DNA of 64,000 nucleotides from Conchiformibius sp. (GTDB lineage Bacteria; Pseudomonadota; Gammaproteobacteria; Burkholderiales; Neisseriaceae): NCBI GenBank assembly GCA_029984035.1, contig JASBYJ010000001.1, positions 213,534 to 277,533 of the forward strand, read 5' to 3'. Shown piece by piece: positions 20,072 to 30,640 of this stretch (position 1 is its first letter; each line of letters starts with the position of its first letter). The notes under the pieces were generated by a model. It saw only the letters and a program-made list of their open reading frames with translations, ran no database searches and was not told where the DNA came from. The position numbers and the translations under genes were made by a program.

Positions 20072-20881
20072 GTGGCAAAAATCATTGTGGTAACTTCAGG
20101 AAAAGGCGGTGTGGGTAAAACCACCACTTCTGCCAGTATTTCCAGCGGTTTGGCTTTGCGCGGACACAAAACCTGCGTGATTGATTTTGATGTGGGGTTG
20201 CGCAACCTTGATTTGATTATGGGTTGCGAAAGGCGCGTGGTTTATGATTTTGTCAATGTCATTCAAGAAGAGGCAACATTGAATCAGGCTTTGATTAAAG
20301 ACAAACATTGCGACCAGCTCTACATTCTGCCTGCGTCTCAAACCCGTGATAAGGAAGCATTGACTAAAGAAGGCGTGGAAAAAGTGTTGAACGGTTTGGC
20401 CGAGATGGATTTTGAATACATTATCTGCGACTCGCCTGCCGGTATCGAACACGGGGCTTTGATGGCTCTGTATTTTGCCGATGAAGCGATTGTAACGACC
20501 AATCCCGAAGTATCCAGCGTGCGTGACTCGGACCGTATTTTGGGTATTTTGCAAAGCAAATCCCGTCATGCGGAGCAGGGCGGCTCGGTTAAAGAGCATC
20601 TGTTGATTACGCGCTATTCGCCCGAGCGCGTGGAAAAAGAAGAAATGTTGTCGGTGGACGATATTTCAGACATTTTGCGTATTCCGCTTATCGGTGTGAT
20701 TCCCGAATCGCCCAATGTCTTGCAGGCATCGAATTCGGGTGCGCCCGTTATCCATCAGGCAGACAGCATCGCTGCCGAAGCCTATAAGGATGTTGTGGCG
20801 CGGTTGTTGGGTGAAAGTCGCGAAATCCGCTTCTTGGAAGCCGATAAAAAAGGCTTTTTCTCACGCTTGTTCGGGGGGTAG
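20072..20881 (+). CDS. minD: Septum site-determining ATPase MinD
   Basis: Matches the E. coli MinD N-terminus (MARIIVVTSGKGGVGKTT) when read from the GTG at 20072, which has a GAGGA RBS 7 nt upstream. A TTG at 20045 is an alternative in-frame start. C-terminal amphipathic helix KKGFFSRLFGG. Confidence 0.95.
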   Translation: MAKIIVVTSGKGGVGKTTTSASISSGLALRGHKTCVIDFDVGLRNLDLIMGCERRVVYDFVNVIQEEATLNQALIKDKHCDQLYILPASQTRDKEALTKEGVEKVLNGLAEMDFEYIICDSPAGIEHGALMALYFADEAIVTTNPEVSSVRDSDRILGILQSKSRHAEQGGSVKEHLLITRYSPERVEKEEMLSVDDISDILRIPLIGVIPESPNVLQASNSGAPVIHQADSIAAEAYKDVVARLLGESREIRFLEADKKGFFSRLFGG

Positions 20882-20884
20882 GCC

Positions 20885-21205
20885 ATGTCATTGATTGAAC
20901 GGCTGTTTGGTAAAAAGCCGAGTTCCGCCAGTATTGCGCGCGACCGTCTGCAAATCATCATCACCCAGGAACGCAGCAACCGTAACGCTTCGCGCGTACC
21001 CGACTATTTGCCTACTTTGCAGAAGGAAGTATTGGAGGTGTTATCCAAATATGTCAGCATTAAATTGGAAGACATCAATATTTCCCATGAAAAACACGAC
21101 GGTGTCGATATGCTGGCCTTGAATATCACTTTGCCGGACAACAGGCTGCCTGAAAGCAAACCCGCCGATAGCGAAAACGGCCCAACAGACGAATCCGCCT
21201 CCTGA
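20885..21205 (+). CDS. minE: Cell division topological specificity factor MinE
   Basis: [31 protein letters not shown] is the canonical MinE N-terminus. 106 aa with a short acidic C-terminal extension. Confidence 0.9.
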   Translation: MSLIERLFGKKPSSASIARDRLQIIITQERSNRNASRVPDYLPTLQKEVLEVLSKYVSIKLEDINISHEKHDGVDMLALNITLPDNRLPESKPADSENGPTDESAS

Positions 21206-21223
21206 TAAGAAAGCCTAGCGATT

Positions 21224-22141
21224 ATGACTTTGACCGAACTGCGCTATATCGTAGCGGTAGCGCAAGAGAAACATTTCGGACGCGCCGCCCAGCGCAGTCA
21301 TGTTAGCCAGCCCACTTTGTCTATTGCCATCAAAAAATTGGAAGACGAATTGGGTGTGCCGCTGTTTGACCGCAGCAGCAGCGAAGTGATGATGACCGAA
21401 GCGGGCGAACGCATTGTGGAGCAGGCGAGAAGGGTATTGAGCGAAGCCGACAGAATAGTGGTATTGGCAAACGAAGAGCAAAACCAATTGGAAGGTACGT
21501 TCCGCTTGGGATTGATTTTTACCGTTGCTCCCTATCTGCTGCCCAAACTTATTATTTCGCTGCGTCATATCGCACCCAAAATGCCCTTGATTTTGGAAGA
21601 AAATCATACAAGTGCGTTAACCGAGCAGCTTAAGCGCGGCGATATAGATGCCATGATTGTGGCAGAACCTTACAGCGAACCCGGTATCGAAACGATACCG
21701 CTGTATGACGAGCCTTTTTTTGTTATCGTGCCCAAAGGACACCGTTTTGAAGAGCTTGATGCCGTTACTACGGCGGATATTGCAGAAGAAACCGTGTTGC
21801 TGCTCACCGAAGGCAATTGTATGCGCGACCAAGTATTGGGTTCGTGTAACGAATTGGCATCAAGGCAGAAAGTGGCAGGTTTGGCCAATATCGTGCAGGG
21901 AAGCTCGTTAAACACCATACGCCATATGGTTGCCAGCGGTTTGGGTATCAGCGTAGTTCCTTCCACTTCGCTAACCGATAACGACCATATGCTGTTTTCC
22001 ATTATCCCTTTTGCGCCTCCCGCACCGCAACGGCGGATTTTGCTGGCTTCACGGCGTAATTTTGTCCGTCCGCAGGCTCTGTCTTCGATTGCCCAAGCTG
22101 TCAAACAGGCGCAATTGGCAGGTGTGTCATTTGTTTCCTAA
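21224..22141 (+). CDS. oxyR: LysR-family hydrogen peroxide-responsive regulator OxyR
   Basis: MTLTELRYIVAVAQEKHFGRAAQRSHVSQPTLSIAIKKLEDELGVPLFDRS helix-turn-helix. Redox Cys residues are present (GNCMRDQV, LGSC). Position after minCDE matches pathogenic Neisseria. Confidence 0.88.
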   Translation: MTLTELRYIVAVAQEKHFGRAAQRSHVSQPTLSIAIKKLEDELGVPLFDRSSSEVMMTEAGERIVEQARRVLSEADRIVVLANEEQNQLEGTFRLGLIFTVAPYLLPKLIISLRHIAPKMPLILEENHTSALTEQLKRGDIDAMIVAEPYSEPGIETIPLYDEPFFVIVPKGHRFEELDAVTTADIAEETVLLLTEGNCMRDQVLGSCNELASRQKVAGLANIVQGSSLNTIRHMVASGLGISVVPSTSLTDNDHMLFSIIPFAPPAPQRRILLASRRNFVRPQALSSIAQAVKQAQLAGVSFVS

Positions 22142-22145
22142 CTTT

Positions 22146-22185
22146 TTCAGGCAGCCTAATTTCAAACAATTTAGGCTGCCTGAAA
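22146..22185. terminator. Inverted DUS pair (TTCAGGCAGCCTAAtttcaaacaaTTTAGGCTGCCTGAA) downstream of oxyR
   Basis: About 15 bp inverted repeat made of two opposed DUS copies. Confidence 0.6.
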
Positions 22186-22188
22186 ACT

Positions 22189-23264
<1,076 letters not shown>

Positions 23265-23357
23265 GCAACGGAACGCCCGCATGCTGATGGACGGTGTGCG
23301 GGCATTTTTTTCAGGCAGCCTGAAACATTATCACTCTATTATTTTCCAGGAAATATC

Positions 23358-25343
23358 ATGCAATTAAATCAGTTAATCCAAGAGTCCGCCTATAAATTAT
23401 CCCAATTTAATGCCAAACAAATTGAGTTTTTGGAAAGCCAAATTACCCAAAAATCGGGCAAGAACGGCGATGTACCCCATATTCCTTGCTTGGTACGCAA
23501 AAAAATGGTCAAACTCACGCCCGAAGAGGCCGTGCGCCAACTCTACCTGCTCAAACTCCATCAGGACTACGGCTATCCCTACGAACGCATGGAATTGGAA
23601 TATTCGGTTGCATTTGGGCGCGAGAAAAAACGTGCCGATATTGTAATTTTTGACCGTGATAATCCGAATGTGGTGTACATCATCGTTGAACTGAAAAAAC
23701 CCAAATTAAAAGACGGAAAAGAACAATTAAAATCCTATTGCAACGCCACCGGCGCACCGATTGGCGTATGGACAAACAGCGATGCCATTTCTTATTACAA
23801 CCGCCGCGACCCCAATTATTTCAAAGACATTCCTAATATTCCCAGTGTTCACGAAAAATTATCCGATATTTTGCAAGAGCGCTGGACGATTGATGATTTA
23901 ATCAAAAATGACAAAATCGCCACCCAACGCAAATCATTAAAAGATTTGGTGATTGAAATGGAAGACGAGGTGTTGGCCAATGCAGGGGTCGATGTTTTTG
24001 AAGAATTGTTTCAGCTGATTTTTACCAAGCTTTATGACGAGATGGAGAGCACCCGAAATAAAGAGCGCCATTTGGAATTTCGCAATTATGGTGACACCGA
24101 AAACGAACTTAAAACCAAAATCCAAGCGCTTTTTGATAAAGCAAAAAGTAAATGGGAAGGCGTATTTGCGGAAAGCAGCAAAATCAACTTATCACCATCG
24201 CATTTAGCCATTTGCGTATCGTCATTGGAAGAAGTCAAACTTTTTAATTCCAATTTGGACGTGGTGGATGAAGCTTTTGAATACCTCATCAACAAATCAT
24301 CAAAAGGAGAAAAAGGGCAATATTTTACCCCGCGCTATGTGATTGATATGTGCGTCAAAATGCTTGACCCTAAGCCGTCTGAAACCGTGATTGACACCGC
24401 CGCGGGCAGTTGCGGTTTTCCAGTACACGCCATTTTTCATGTCTGGGAAAAACAGCTTAAAGAAAAAGGGCGTGAACGTTCCCATCTATTCACTGCCGAA
24501 CAAAAATTGCCCGAACAGGTTGATTATGTGCAGGAAAAAGTCTTTGCCATTGATTTTGATGAAAAAGCGGTGCGTGTTGCCCGCACACTAAACCTCATCG
24601 CAGGTGATGGACAAACCAATGTTTTACATTTAAATACTTTGGATTATGAACGTTGGGACGACTTTACCAAAGATGAAGCATGGAGCGATATTTACGGCAA
24701 TGGCTGGAAAAAACTGCGTAAATTACGTAAAACCAAAGAGCAAAACCGTGATTTTGGATTTGATATTTTGATGGCCAATCCACCCTTTGCAGGCGACATC
24801 AAAGAAACCCGCATTTTGGCACGCTATGAACTCGGCAAAAACAGCAAAGGCAAGCAACAAACCAAAGTCGGACGCGATATTTTGTTTATTGAGCGTAATT
24901 TGGATTTTTTAAAAGATGGCGGACGTATGGCAATTGTGTTGCCGCAAGGACGTTTCAATAATTCCAGCGACAAGCATATCCGTGATTTTATTGCCGAACG
25001 CTGCCGTATTTTGGCGGTGGTGGGTTTGCACGGCAATGTCTTTAAACCGCATACAGGCACCAAAACGTCCGTTTTATTTGTGCAGAAATGGCACGATGAA
25101 CTTTGCCCCAAAGTGGACGACTATCCGATTTTCTTTGCCACCATGCAAAGCCCGAGCAAAGACAATTCGGGCGACAAAATCCATGTGAAGCATTCGGACG
25201 GTCTGCCCGTTTTGGACGGACACGGGCATTTGATTGTGGAACACGATTTGTTTAATCACGATGGTTTGACACAAGACGGCATTGCCGAAGCCTTTATTGA
25301 ATTTGCCAAAAAAGAAGGTTTGTCTTTTGTGGGAAAGGATTAA
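23358..25343 (+). CDS. Restriction-modification fusion protein: N-terminal HsdR-N/PD-(D/E)xK nuclease-like domain plus gamma-class N6-adenine DNA methyltransferase (BcgI-like Type IIB/IIG RM subunit, or Type I-like M subunit)
   Basis: 661 aa. Residues ~55-150 match the HsdR N-terminal nuclease-like fold (RADIVIFD ... VYIIVELKKPK ... QLKSY ... GVWTN). The C-terminal half has MTase motif I (DTAAGSCGFPV) and motif IV (MANPPFAG). Codon usage is AT-rich and few DUS are present. Confidence 0.8.
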   Translation: MQLNQLIQESAYKLSQFNAKQIEFLESQITQKSGKNGDVPHIPCLVRKKMVKLTPEEAVRQLYLLKLHQDYGYPYERMELEYSVAFGREKKRADIVIFDRDNPNVVYIIVELKKPKLKDGKEQLKSYCNATGAPIGVWTNSDAISYYNRRDPNYFKDIPNIPSVHEKLSDILQERWTIDDLIKNDKIATQRKSLKDLVIEMEDEVLANAGVDVFEELFQLIFTKLYDEMESTRNKERHLEFRNYGDTENELKTKIQALFDKAKSKWEGVFAESSKINLSPSHLAICVSSLEEVKLFNSNLDVVDEAFEYLINKSSKGEKGQYFTPRYVIDMCVKMLDPKPSETVIDTAAGSCGFPVHAIFHVWEKQLKEKGRERSHLFTAEQKLPEQVDYVQEKVFAIDFDEKAVRVARTLNLIAGDGQTNVLHLNTLDYERWDDFTKDEAWSDIYGNGWKKLRKLRKTKEQNRDFGFDILMANPPFAGDIKETRILARYELGKNSKGKQQTKVGRDILFIERNLDFLKDGGRMAIVLPQGRFNNSSDKHIRDFIAERCRILAVVGLHGNVFKPHTGTKTSVLFVQKWHDELCPKVDDYPIFFATMQSPSKDNSGDKIHVKHSDGLPVLDGHGHLIVEHDLFNHDGLTQDGIAEAFIEFAKKEGLSFVGKD

Positions 25344-25372
25344 GCCCTTTTGACGAAGCCAAATATCAGGCT

Positions 25373-26776
25373 TTGTTGAAAGGGCTGGAGGTGAGAGAGG
25401 TCTTGTTATCCATTATCAGTAAAAACAAAGATTATAGATTTGATACTGATTTTTGGACAAAAGAACCTAAACAAAATCCAAATTTAACCTATATTAAAAT
25501 TGGTGATTGCCTTTTAAAATCACAATATGGGATTTCTATTGCTATGAATGAAGATGGGAAAGGTATTCCAATTTATAGAATGAATGAAATTCATAATATG
25601 TTATGTGATTTTTCTGTATCAAAATGCGCCGATATATCAGACTTAGAAAAGGAAATTTTTTTATTAAACGACAGAGATGTTTTGTTTAATAGGACAAATT
25701 CTTTTGAATGGGTTGGTAGAACAGGAATTTTTTACCAGCAGCATGATATGGATTTTATTTTTGCTTCTTACCTTGTACGATTTGTTCCCAATGAGGAGGT
25801 TATCTTACCTGAATATTTAACTGCATACCTTAATACAAAATATGGTATTTGGGATTTAAAAAGACGGGCTAGGCAGTCTATCAATCAAACGAATATCAAC
25901 CCAGAAGAAGTAAAAGAAACTTTTATCCCTTTATTAGATAAAAGTATCCAATTGAAAATTAAAGATTATTTTGATAGTGCAAAAGTATCTTTAATGAAAT
26001 CAAATTGTATATACACCGAAGCCGAAAATCTATTATTAGAAAACTTAGGCTTAAAAAACTTTCAGGCAGCCTGCAATCCGGTCAATATCAAATCTTTAAA
26101 ACAAAGTTTCTTAAAAACAGGCAGATTGGATGCGGAATTTTACCAACCGTTTTATGAGCAATTGGAACAGCATATCCGCAATCATACGCACGGCTTCAAG
26201 CCTTTAAGCAAGGTATGCCGCCTGAAAGATAAAAACTATACGCCTAAAGATAATCAGGAATATGACTATATTGAATTATCCAATATCGGAAATTCAGGCG
26301 AAATTACAGGCAGCACGCGGGCATTCGGTAAAGACCTGCCTTCCCGTGCAAGGCGGAAAGTACAAAGCAATGATGTGGTGATTTCCAGTATTGAAGGTTC
26401 ATTGCAAAGTTGTGCCATTGTGCCGCCGCAATATGATGGCGCTTTATGTTCAACGGGTTTTTATGTATTGTCGCCCAATGAAATAAATCCGGAAACATTA
26501 TTGGTTTTGTTCAAATCATCTTTGATGCAAGGAGTTTTAAAACGAAATTGTTCAGGAACCATTTTGACCGCTATCAACAAAGATGACTTGCTCAATATTC
26601 CTGTACCGCTTATTGACCCAGAAACCCAAACCCAAATCGCCGACCATATCCGCCAAAGCAATGCCTTACGCCAAAAAGCACATTCGCTGCTGGCGCAAGC
26701 CCAATCCGCAGTTGAAACGGAAATTGAAAATAATTCAATTAATTCAGTAAATTGCGGGGGGGGGGGTAAACCTTGA
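25373..26776 (+). CDS. hsdS: Restriction-modification specificity (S) subunit with two target-recognition domains
   Basis: 467 aa, TTG start. Two TRDs separated by a conserved central helix (AENLLLENLGLKNFQ) and a C-terminal conserved region (LLAQAQSAVETEIE). Ends ...CGGGGKP* right after a homopolymeric G tract. Confidence 0.85.
   Translation: MLKGLEVREVLLSIISKNKDYRFDTDFWTKEPKQNPNLTYIKIGDCLLKSQYGISIAMNEDGKGIPIYRMNEIHNMLCDFSVSKCADISDLEKEIFLLNDRDVLFNRTNSFEWVGRTGIFYQQHDMDFIFASYLVRFVPNEEVILPEYLTAYLNTKYGIWDLKRRARQSINQTNINPEEVKETFIPLLDKSIQLKIKDYFDSAKVSLMKSNCIYTEAENLLLENLGLKNFQAACNPVNIKSLKQSFLKTGRLDAEFYQPFYEQLEQHIRNHTHGFKPLSKVCRLKDKNYTPKDNQEYDYIELSNIGNSGEITGSTRAFGKDLPSRARRKVQSNDVVISSIEGSLQSCAIVPPQYDGALCSTGFYVLSPNEINPETLLVLFKSSLMQGVLKRNCSGTILTAINKDDLLNIPVPLIDPETQTQIADHIRQSNALRQKAHSLLAQAQSAVETEIENNSINSVNCGGGGKP
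26756..26766. repeat. Homopolymeric G tract (9 visible by my count; 11 implied by the ORF-track reading frame) two codons upstream of the hsdS stop, a candidate slipped-strand phase-variation site
   Basis: Encodes the Gly run in ...NCGGGGKP*. A -1 change in tract length reads [22 protein letters not shown]... directly into the downstream partial S ORF at 26793. Confidence 0.7.
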
Positions 26777-26792
26777 AGACCCGAATGTTTGC

Positions 26793-27557
26793 TTGGAAAA
26801 AGCTTTGTACCATCAACGCTTGGCAGAATGGACGTTGTTGGAAAGCCTGCTGTTTGGCCGCAGGCTGCCTGAAAATACCGCCGTTCTGCCTTTCAGCCAA
26901 TCGTTTGGCACAAGCGGGCGTTTGGACGCGGAATATTATCAGCCTAAATTTAACCGCCTGTTGCAACACTTGAAAAAATATCCGCACGCCAAATTAGGCG
27001 TTTTGACGGATTTAAACAAATCCGTTGAACCAGGCTCGGAAGCCTATCGTGATAAAGGCGTGCCGTTTGTGCGGGTGGCAGATTTATCGGTATTCGGTAT
27101 CGCGCCTACCGATAAATTTTTAAATCCGGATGATTTTTATGAAACCATCCGTCCTAAAAAAGACACCGTGTTGCTGAGTAAAGACGGTACGGTCGGCATC
27201 GCCTACCGCGTGCCGCAGGATTTGGACATGATTACTTCGGGCGCGATTGTGCATTTGCGCATCAAGCCCGAATACCGCGAAAGCCTGCTGCCTGATTATC
27301 TGGCGTTGGTGCTCAATTCGCCTGCCGTGCAAATGCAGGCGCAACGTGATGCCGGCGGCTCTATTATCCAACATTGGAAACCTTCGGAAATTAAGGAAGT
27401 CATCATTCCCGTACTGCCCGAAGAGCAGCAACGTGAAATAGCTAATAAAATTCAAGAAAGTTTTGAATTAAAAAGACAAAGCGAAGATTTGCTATCTAGG
27501 GCAAAGTATTTGGTTGAACGGGAAATTGAAAACTCCGCGTACTTTCAGGCTGCCTGA
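26793..27557 (+). CDS. Partial specificity-subunit module (central conserved region, one alternative TRD, C-terminal conserved region), in a different frame from the preceding hsdS
   Basis: 254 aa, TTG start. Begins with a central-helix-like segment, then [12 protein letters not shown] (compare TGRLDAEFYQP at the start of TRD2 in the upstream hsdS), and ends with the conserved [15 protein letters not shown] helix. Confidence 0.7.
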   Translation: MEKALYHQRLAEWTLLESLLFGRRLPENTAVLPFSQSFGTSGRLDAEYYQPKFNRLLQHLKKYPHAKLGVLTDLNKSVEPGSEAYRDKGVPFVRVADLSVFGIAPTDKFLNPDDFYETIRPKKDTVLLSKDGTVGIAYRVPQDLDMITSGAIVHLRIKPEYRESLLPDYLALVLNSPAVQMQAQRDAGGSIIQHWKPSEIKEVIIPVLPEEQQREIANKIQESFELKRQSEDLLSRAKYLVEREIENSAYFQAA

Positions 27558-27597
27558 AAACCGCGTACAATCGCCAAATTTTTCCAAAGACTTAAGC

Positions 27598-29484
27598 ATG
27601 ATTTACCCCAAAACTTACGATGTCATCGTGGTCGGCGGCGGACACGCCGGTACGGAAGCCGCGCTCGCCGCCGCCCGCATGGGCGCGTCCACGCTGCTGC
27701 TCACCCACAATATTGAAACTTTGGGACAAATGTCCTGCAACCCGTCCATCGGCGGCATCGGCAAAGGGCATCTCGTCCGCGAAGTGGACGCGCTCGGCGG
27801 CGCGATGGCATTGGCAACCGACCAATCGGGCATTCAGTTCCGCCGTTTGAACGCCAGCAAAGGCGCGGCGGTTCGCGCCACCCGAGCCCAAGCCGACCGC
27901 GTGCTGTACAAAGCCGCCATTCGTTATCTATTGGAAAATCAGGAAAATCTGGAGCTGTTCCAACAATCGGTGGAAGACATCACGCTGGACGGCACGCGTG
28001 TGAGCGGCGTGAAAACCGCGATGGGCGTGGAATTTAAAGCCCGCGCGGTGGTGCTGACGGCGGGAACGTTTTTGGCGGGCAAAATCCACATCGGCATGGA
28101 AAACTACGCGGGCGGACGTGCGGGCGACCCTGCCGCGCACGGACTTTCAGGCTGCCTGAAAGAATTGCAACTGCCGCAAAGCCGTCTGAAAACCGGCACG
28201 CCGCCGCGTTTGGACGGGCGCAGCATTGATTTTTCCCAGCTTACCGAGCAGCCCGGCGACACGCCCGTTCCCGTGATGTCGGTGCGCGGCAACGCCGCCA
28301 TGCACCCGCGCCAAGTGTCGTGTTGGATTACGCATACCAACTTGAAAACACATGATATTATCCGCAACAGCTTTGACCGAAGCCCCCTGTTTGCCGGCAA
28401 AATCGAGGGCGTGGGCCCGCGTTATTGCCCGTCCATCGAAGACAAAATCCACCGTTTCGCCGACAAGGAAAGCCATCAGATTTTCCTTGAACCCGAAGGG
28501 CTGAGCACCCACGAATATTATCCCAACGGCATTTCCACCAGCCTGCCGTTTGACGTGCAAATCGCGCTCGTCCGCAGCATGAAAGGGCTTGAAAACGCGC
28601 ATATTTTGCGACCCGGTTACGCGATTGAATACGATTATTTCGACCCGCGCAATCTGAAAGCCAGCTTGGAAACCAAAAGCATAGACGGACTGTTTTTCGC
28701 CGGACAAATCAACGGCACCACGGGCTACGAAGAAGCCGCCGCGCAAGGCTTGCTGGCAGGCGCGAATGCCGTGCAGTTCGTGCGCGGGCAGGAGCCTTTG
28801 ATTTTGCGGCGTGAACAGGCGTATCTCGGTGTTTTGGTTGATGATTTGATTACCAAAGGCGTGAACGAACCCTACCGCATGTTCACCAGCCGCGCCGAAT
28901 ACCGCCTGCAACTGCGCGAAGACAACGCCGACATGCGCCTGACCGAAGACGGCTACAAAATCGGCTTGGTTTCCGAAGCGCAATGGCGGGCGTTCAGCGA
29001 CAAGCGCGAGCAGGTGGAGCGCGAAATCCAGCGTTTGAAATCAACGTGGTACACACCCGCCAAGCTGCCTGAAAGCGAACAGATGCGCGTGTTCGGGCAA
29101 AAATTGAGCCGCGAAGCCAATCTGCACGATTTGCTGCGCCGCCCCAATCTGGACTATGCCGCGCTGATGACGCTGGACGGCGCGAAGCCCGCAAGCGAAT
29201 TGGCGGAAACGGTGGTGGAACAGGTGGAAATTCAGGTGAAATATCAGGGCTATATCGAGCGGCAAAACGAGGAAATCGGCAGCCGCCGCGATTTGGAAAC
29301 GCTGCGGCTGCCTGAAAACATCGATTACGGCAAAGTAAAAGGCTTGTCCGCCGAAGTGCAGCAGAAACTTAACCAACACCGTCCCGAAACGGTGGGGCAG
29401 GCTTCGCGGATTTCGGGGGTAACGCCTGCCGCAGTCGCGCTGCTGATGGTGCATTTGAAACGCGGGTTCCGTGATGCGAAATAA
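27598..29484 (+). CDS. mnmG: tRNA uridine 5-carboxymethylaminomethyl modification enzyme MnmG (GidA)
   Basis: [32 protein letters not shown]-binding N-terminus and full-length MnmG similarity. The ATG at 27598 gives 628 aa. Confidence 0.93.
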   Translation: MIYPKTYDVIVVGGGHAGTEAALAAARMGASTLLLTHNIETLGQMSCNPSIGGIGKGHLVREVDALGGAMALATDQSGIQFRRLNASKGAAVRATRAQADRVLYKAAIRYLLENQENLELFQQSVEDITLDGTRVSGVKTAMGVEFKARAVVLTAGTFLAGKIHIGMENYAGGRAGDPAAHGLSGCLKELQLPQSRLKTGTPPRLDGRSIDFSQLTEQPGDTPVPVMSVRGNAAMHPRQVSCWITHTNLKTHDIIRNSFDRSPLFAGKIEGVGPRYCPSIEDKIHRFADKESHQIFLEPEGLSTHEYYPNGISTSLPFDVQIALVRSMKGLENAHILRPGYAIEYDYFDPRNLKASLETKSIDGLFFAGQINGTTGYEEAAAQGLLAGANAVQFVRGQEPLILRREQAYLGVLVDDLITKGVNEPYRMFTSRAEYRLQLREDNADMRLTEDGYKIGLVSEAQWRAFSDKREQVEREIQRLKSTWYTPAKLPESEQMRVFGQKLSREANLHDLLRRPNLDYAALMTLDGAKPASELAETVVEQVEIQVKYQGYIERQNEEIGSRRDLETLRLPENIDYGKVKGLSAEVQQKLNQHRPETVGQASRISGVTPAAVALLMVHLKRGFRDAK

Positions 29485-30234
29485 ATAGGCAGATTATCTC
29501 AAGATTATGGATAAAATTAAGACAGCTCTTTGAATAAAGAGTATATTGTGTCGCTATGATGGTAATTGTGCTTTTTTCAGGCAGCTTTTTGATATTCGGA
29601 CAAAGGGCTGCCTGTAAATATTTTTTGATGAGATGAAATAAATATATTTACTTAGCGTTGGCAAGATAAAGTTGAATATAAATTTGTAATAGCTTCTGCT
29701 GACCCGCATATGTTTTTGCTTTGCGATTCTGTATTAGAATAACTTACTGAAAAGAAAATAACTTTTATTCTGCTAGTATGCATCTCTCGTAACTGAGAGG
29801 TTGTGATGCACCTAAGTGCCGTGTGGCTCTTATCCAAACCAAAAATCTTATGATTTCGACATTCCTGCTATGTCTTGGTAATGGTTGTTAATGTTGGTTA
29901 TCTCAAAATATATATAGAAGAATTATTTTAGAAGAGATTGTGAAATGGCAGAAACAGGCCAATCGGTAGATTAAGGTGAGATTGATGTAAATTTTTGCTG
30001 TGCGAGTTACATAGAATTTAATTTGAGCTGTAATCGGTGGTTGTCAAAATGCGGCTTGACGTTTCGTTTTTCAGTATATGAAGTAGTATGATATGTCATG
30101 CCAGTGTCTGATAATTTGTCTTTCAACAAGGATTAACAGATGTGATTCGTGCCGATATTTTAAGAAGGATGCGCATTATCGCGGCGGATGATATGTCTGA
30201 TTAAATCTATTTCAGGCTGCCTGAAATATAATTT

Positions 30235-30275
30235 TAAAAGCTGCTTGGATATTGTTTTCAAGCAGCTTTTTTACA
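30235..30275 (+). terminator. Rho-independent terminator (AAGCTGCTTGgatattgttttCAAGCAGCTT followed by TTTT) inside an AT-rich non-coding stretch
   Basis: 10 bp perfect stem followed by a T-run. Lies after a DUS and a possible 20-codon GTG ORF (30139-30201). Confidence 0.45.
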
Positions 30276-30414
30276 GTTATTCTGTTAGAATCATATTTAC
30301 CGTTACACTCTGCGGCGGCCTAGCGGCATGGTTTTTTTGCAACCGGCCTGTGCGGGCGGCGTGCCGTACCGTATGCAAGACCACACGGAATACACGGTAA
30401 ACCAAGCGATAAAT

Positions 30415-30501
30415 GATGAATAGTCAAACGGTAAAGACGGCAATTTGTTTTGTTCAAATTGCCGGCAATATGCCTTTACGGGTTCGAGTCCCGTATTCAT
30501 C
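30415..30501 (+). other. tRNA-like element E1: 7 bp acceptor-type stem (GATGAAT/ATTCATC) plus canonical T-arm (ACGGGTTCGAGTCCCGT), but no D or anticodon arm; internal 9 bp AT-rich hairpin instead
   Basis: The 3' end GGGTTCGAGTCCCGTATTCA is near-identical to the 3' end of element E4. No cloverleaf can be drawn. Confidence 0.3.
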
Positions 30502-30505
30502 TCTT

Positions 30506-30578
30506 TTTGAATTAGCTCAGTAGGTAGAGCATAAGCCTTACAGGCTTAGTGTCGGGGGTTCGATTCCTCCATTCAAAG
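30506..30578 (+). tRNA. tRNA-like gene with full cloverleaf, anticodon TAC (Val); atypical all-A/U acceptor stem (UUUGAAU/AUUCAAA); no encoded CCA
   Basis: D-arm GCTCagtaggtaGAGC, anticodon arm TAAGCcttacagGCTTA (U33, A37), 5 nt variable loop, T-arm GGGGGttcgattCCTCC, discriminator G. Could be a foreign or phage-type tRNA, or a pseudogene. Confidence 0.5.
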
Positions 30579-30579
30579 C

Positions 30580-30636
30580 TAGTGGAAAAGGGAAACCTTG
30601 CGGTTCGACTCCGCCTTGCTATTGCGGCATGTTTAT
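30580..30636 (+). other. tRNA-like fragment E3: T-arm (GCGGTTCGACTCCGC) with no recognisable 5' half
   Basis: Only the T-arm consensus GGTTCGANTCC is recognisable. Flanked by the two cloverleaf-type elements. Confidence 0.25.
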
Positions 30637-30640
30637 TTTG

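Noticed and set aside
26773-26973. 66-aa ORF in the third frame between hsdS and the partial S module
   Set aside because: It overlaps the start of the downstream S-module ORF, has no homology, and is most simply a by-product of the frame arrangement around the G tract.
23358-27557. Calling the RM locus a canonical Type I hsdMS with hsdR simply missing
   Set aside because: The methyltransferase carries an N-terminal HsdR-N nuclease-like domain and not the HsdM N-terminal domain. Together with absence of a helicase subunit, this fits a Type IIB or R-M fusion design better. The Type I alternative cannot be excluded without searching the whole genome.
30415-30501. Annotating element E1 (and E3) as a complete tRNA, or as tmRNA
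   Set aside because: An acceptor-like stem and a perfect T-arm are present, but no D-arm or 5-bp anticodon stem can be drawn. Length and 3' end do not match tmRNA. It is more likely a tRNA 3'-end duplicate or pseudo-tRNA.
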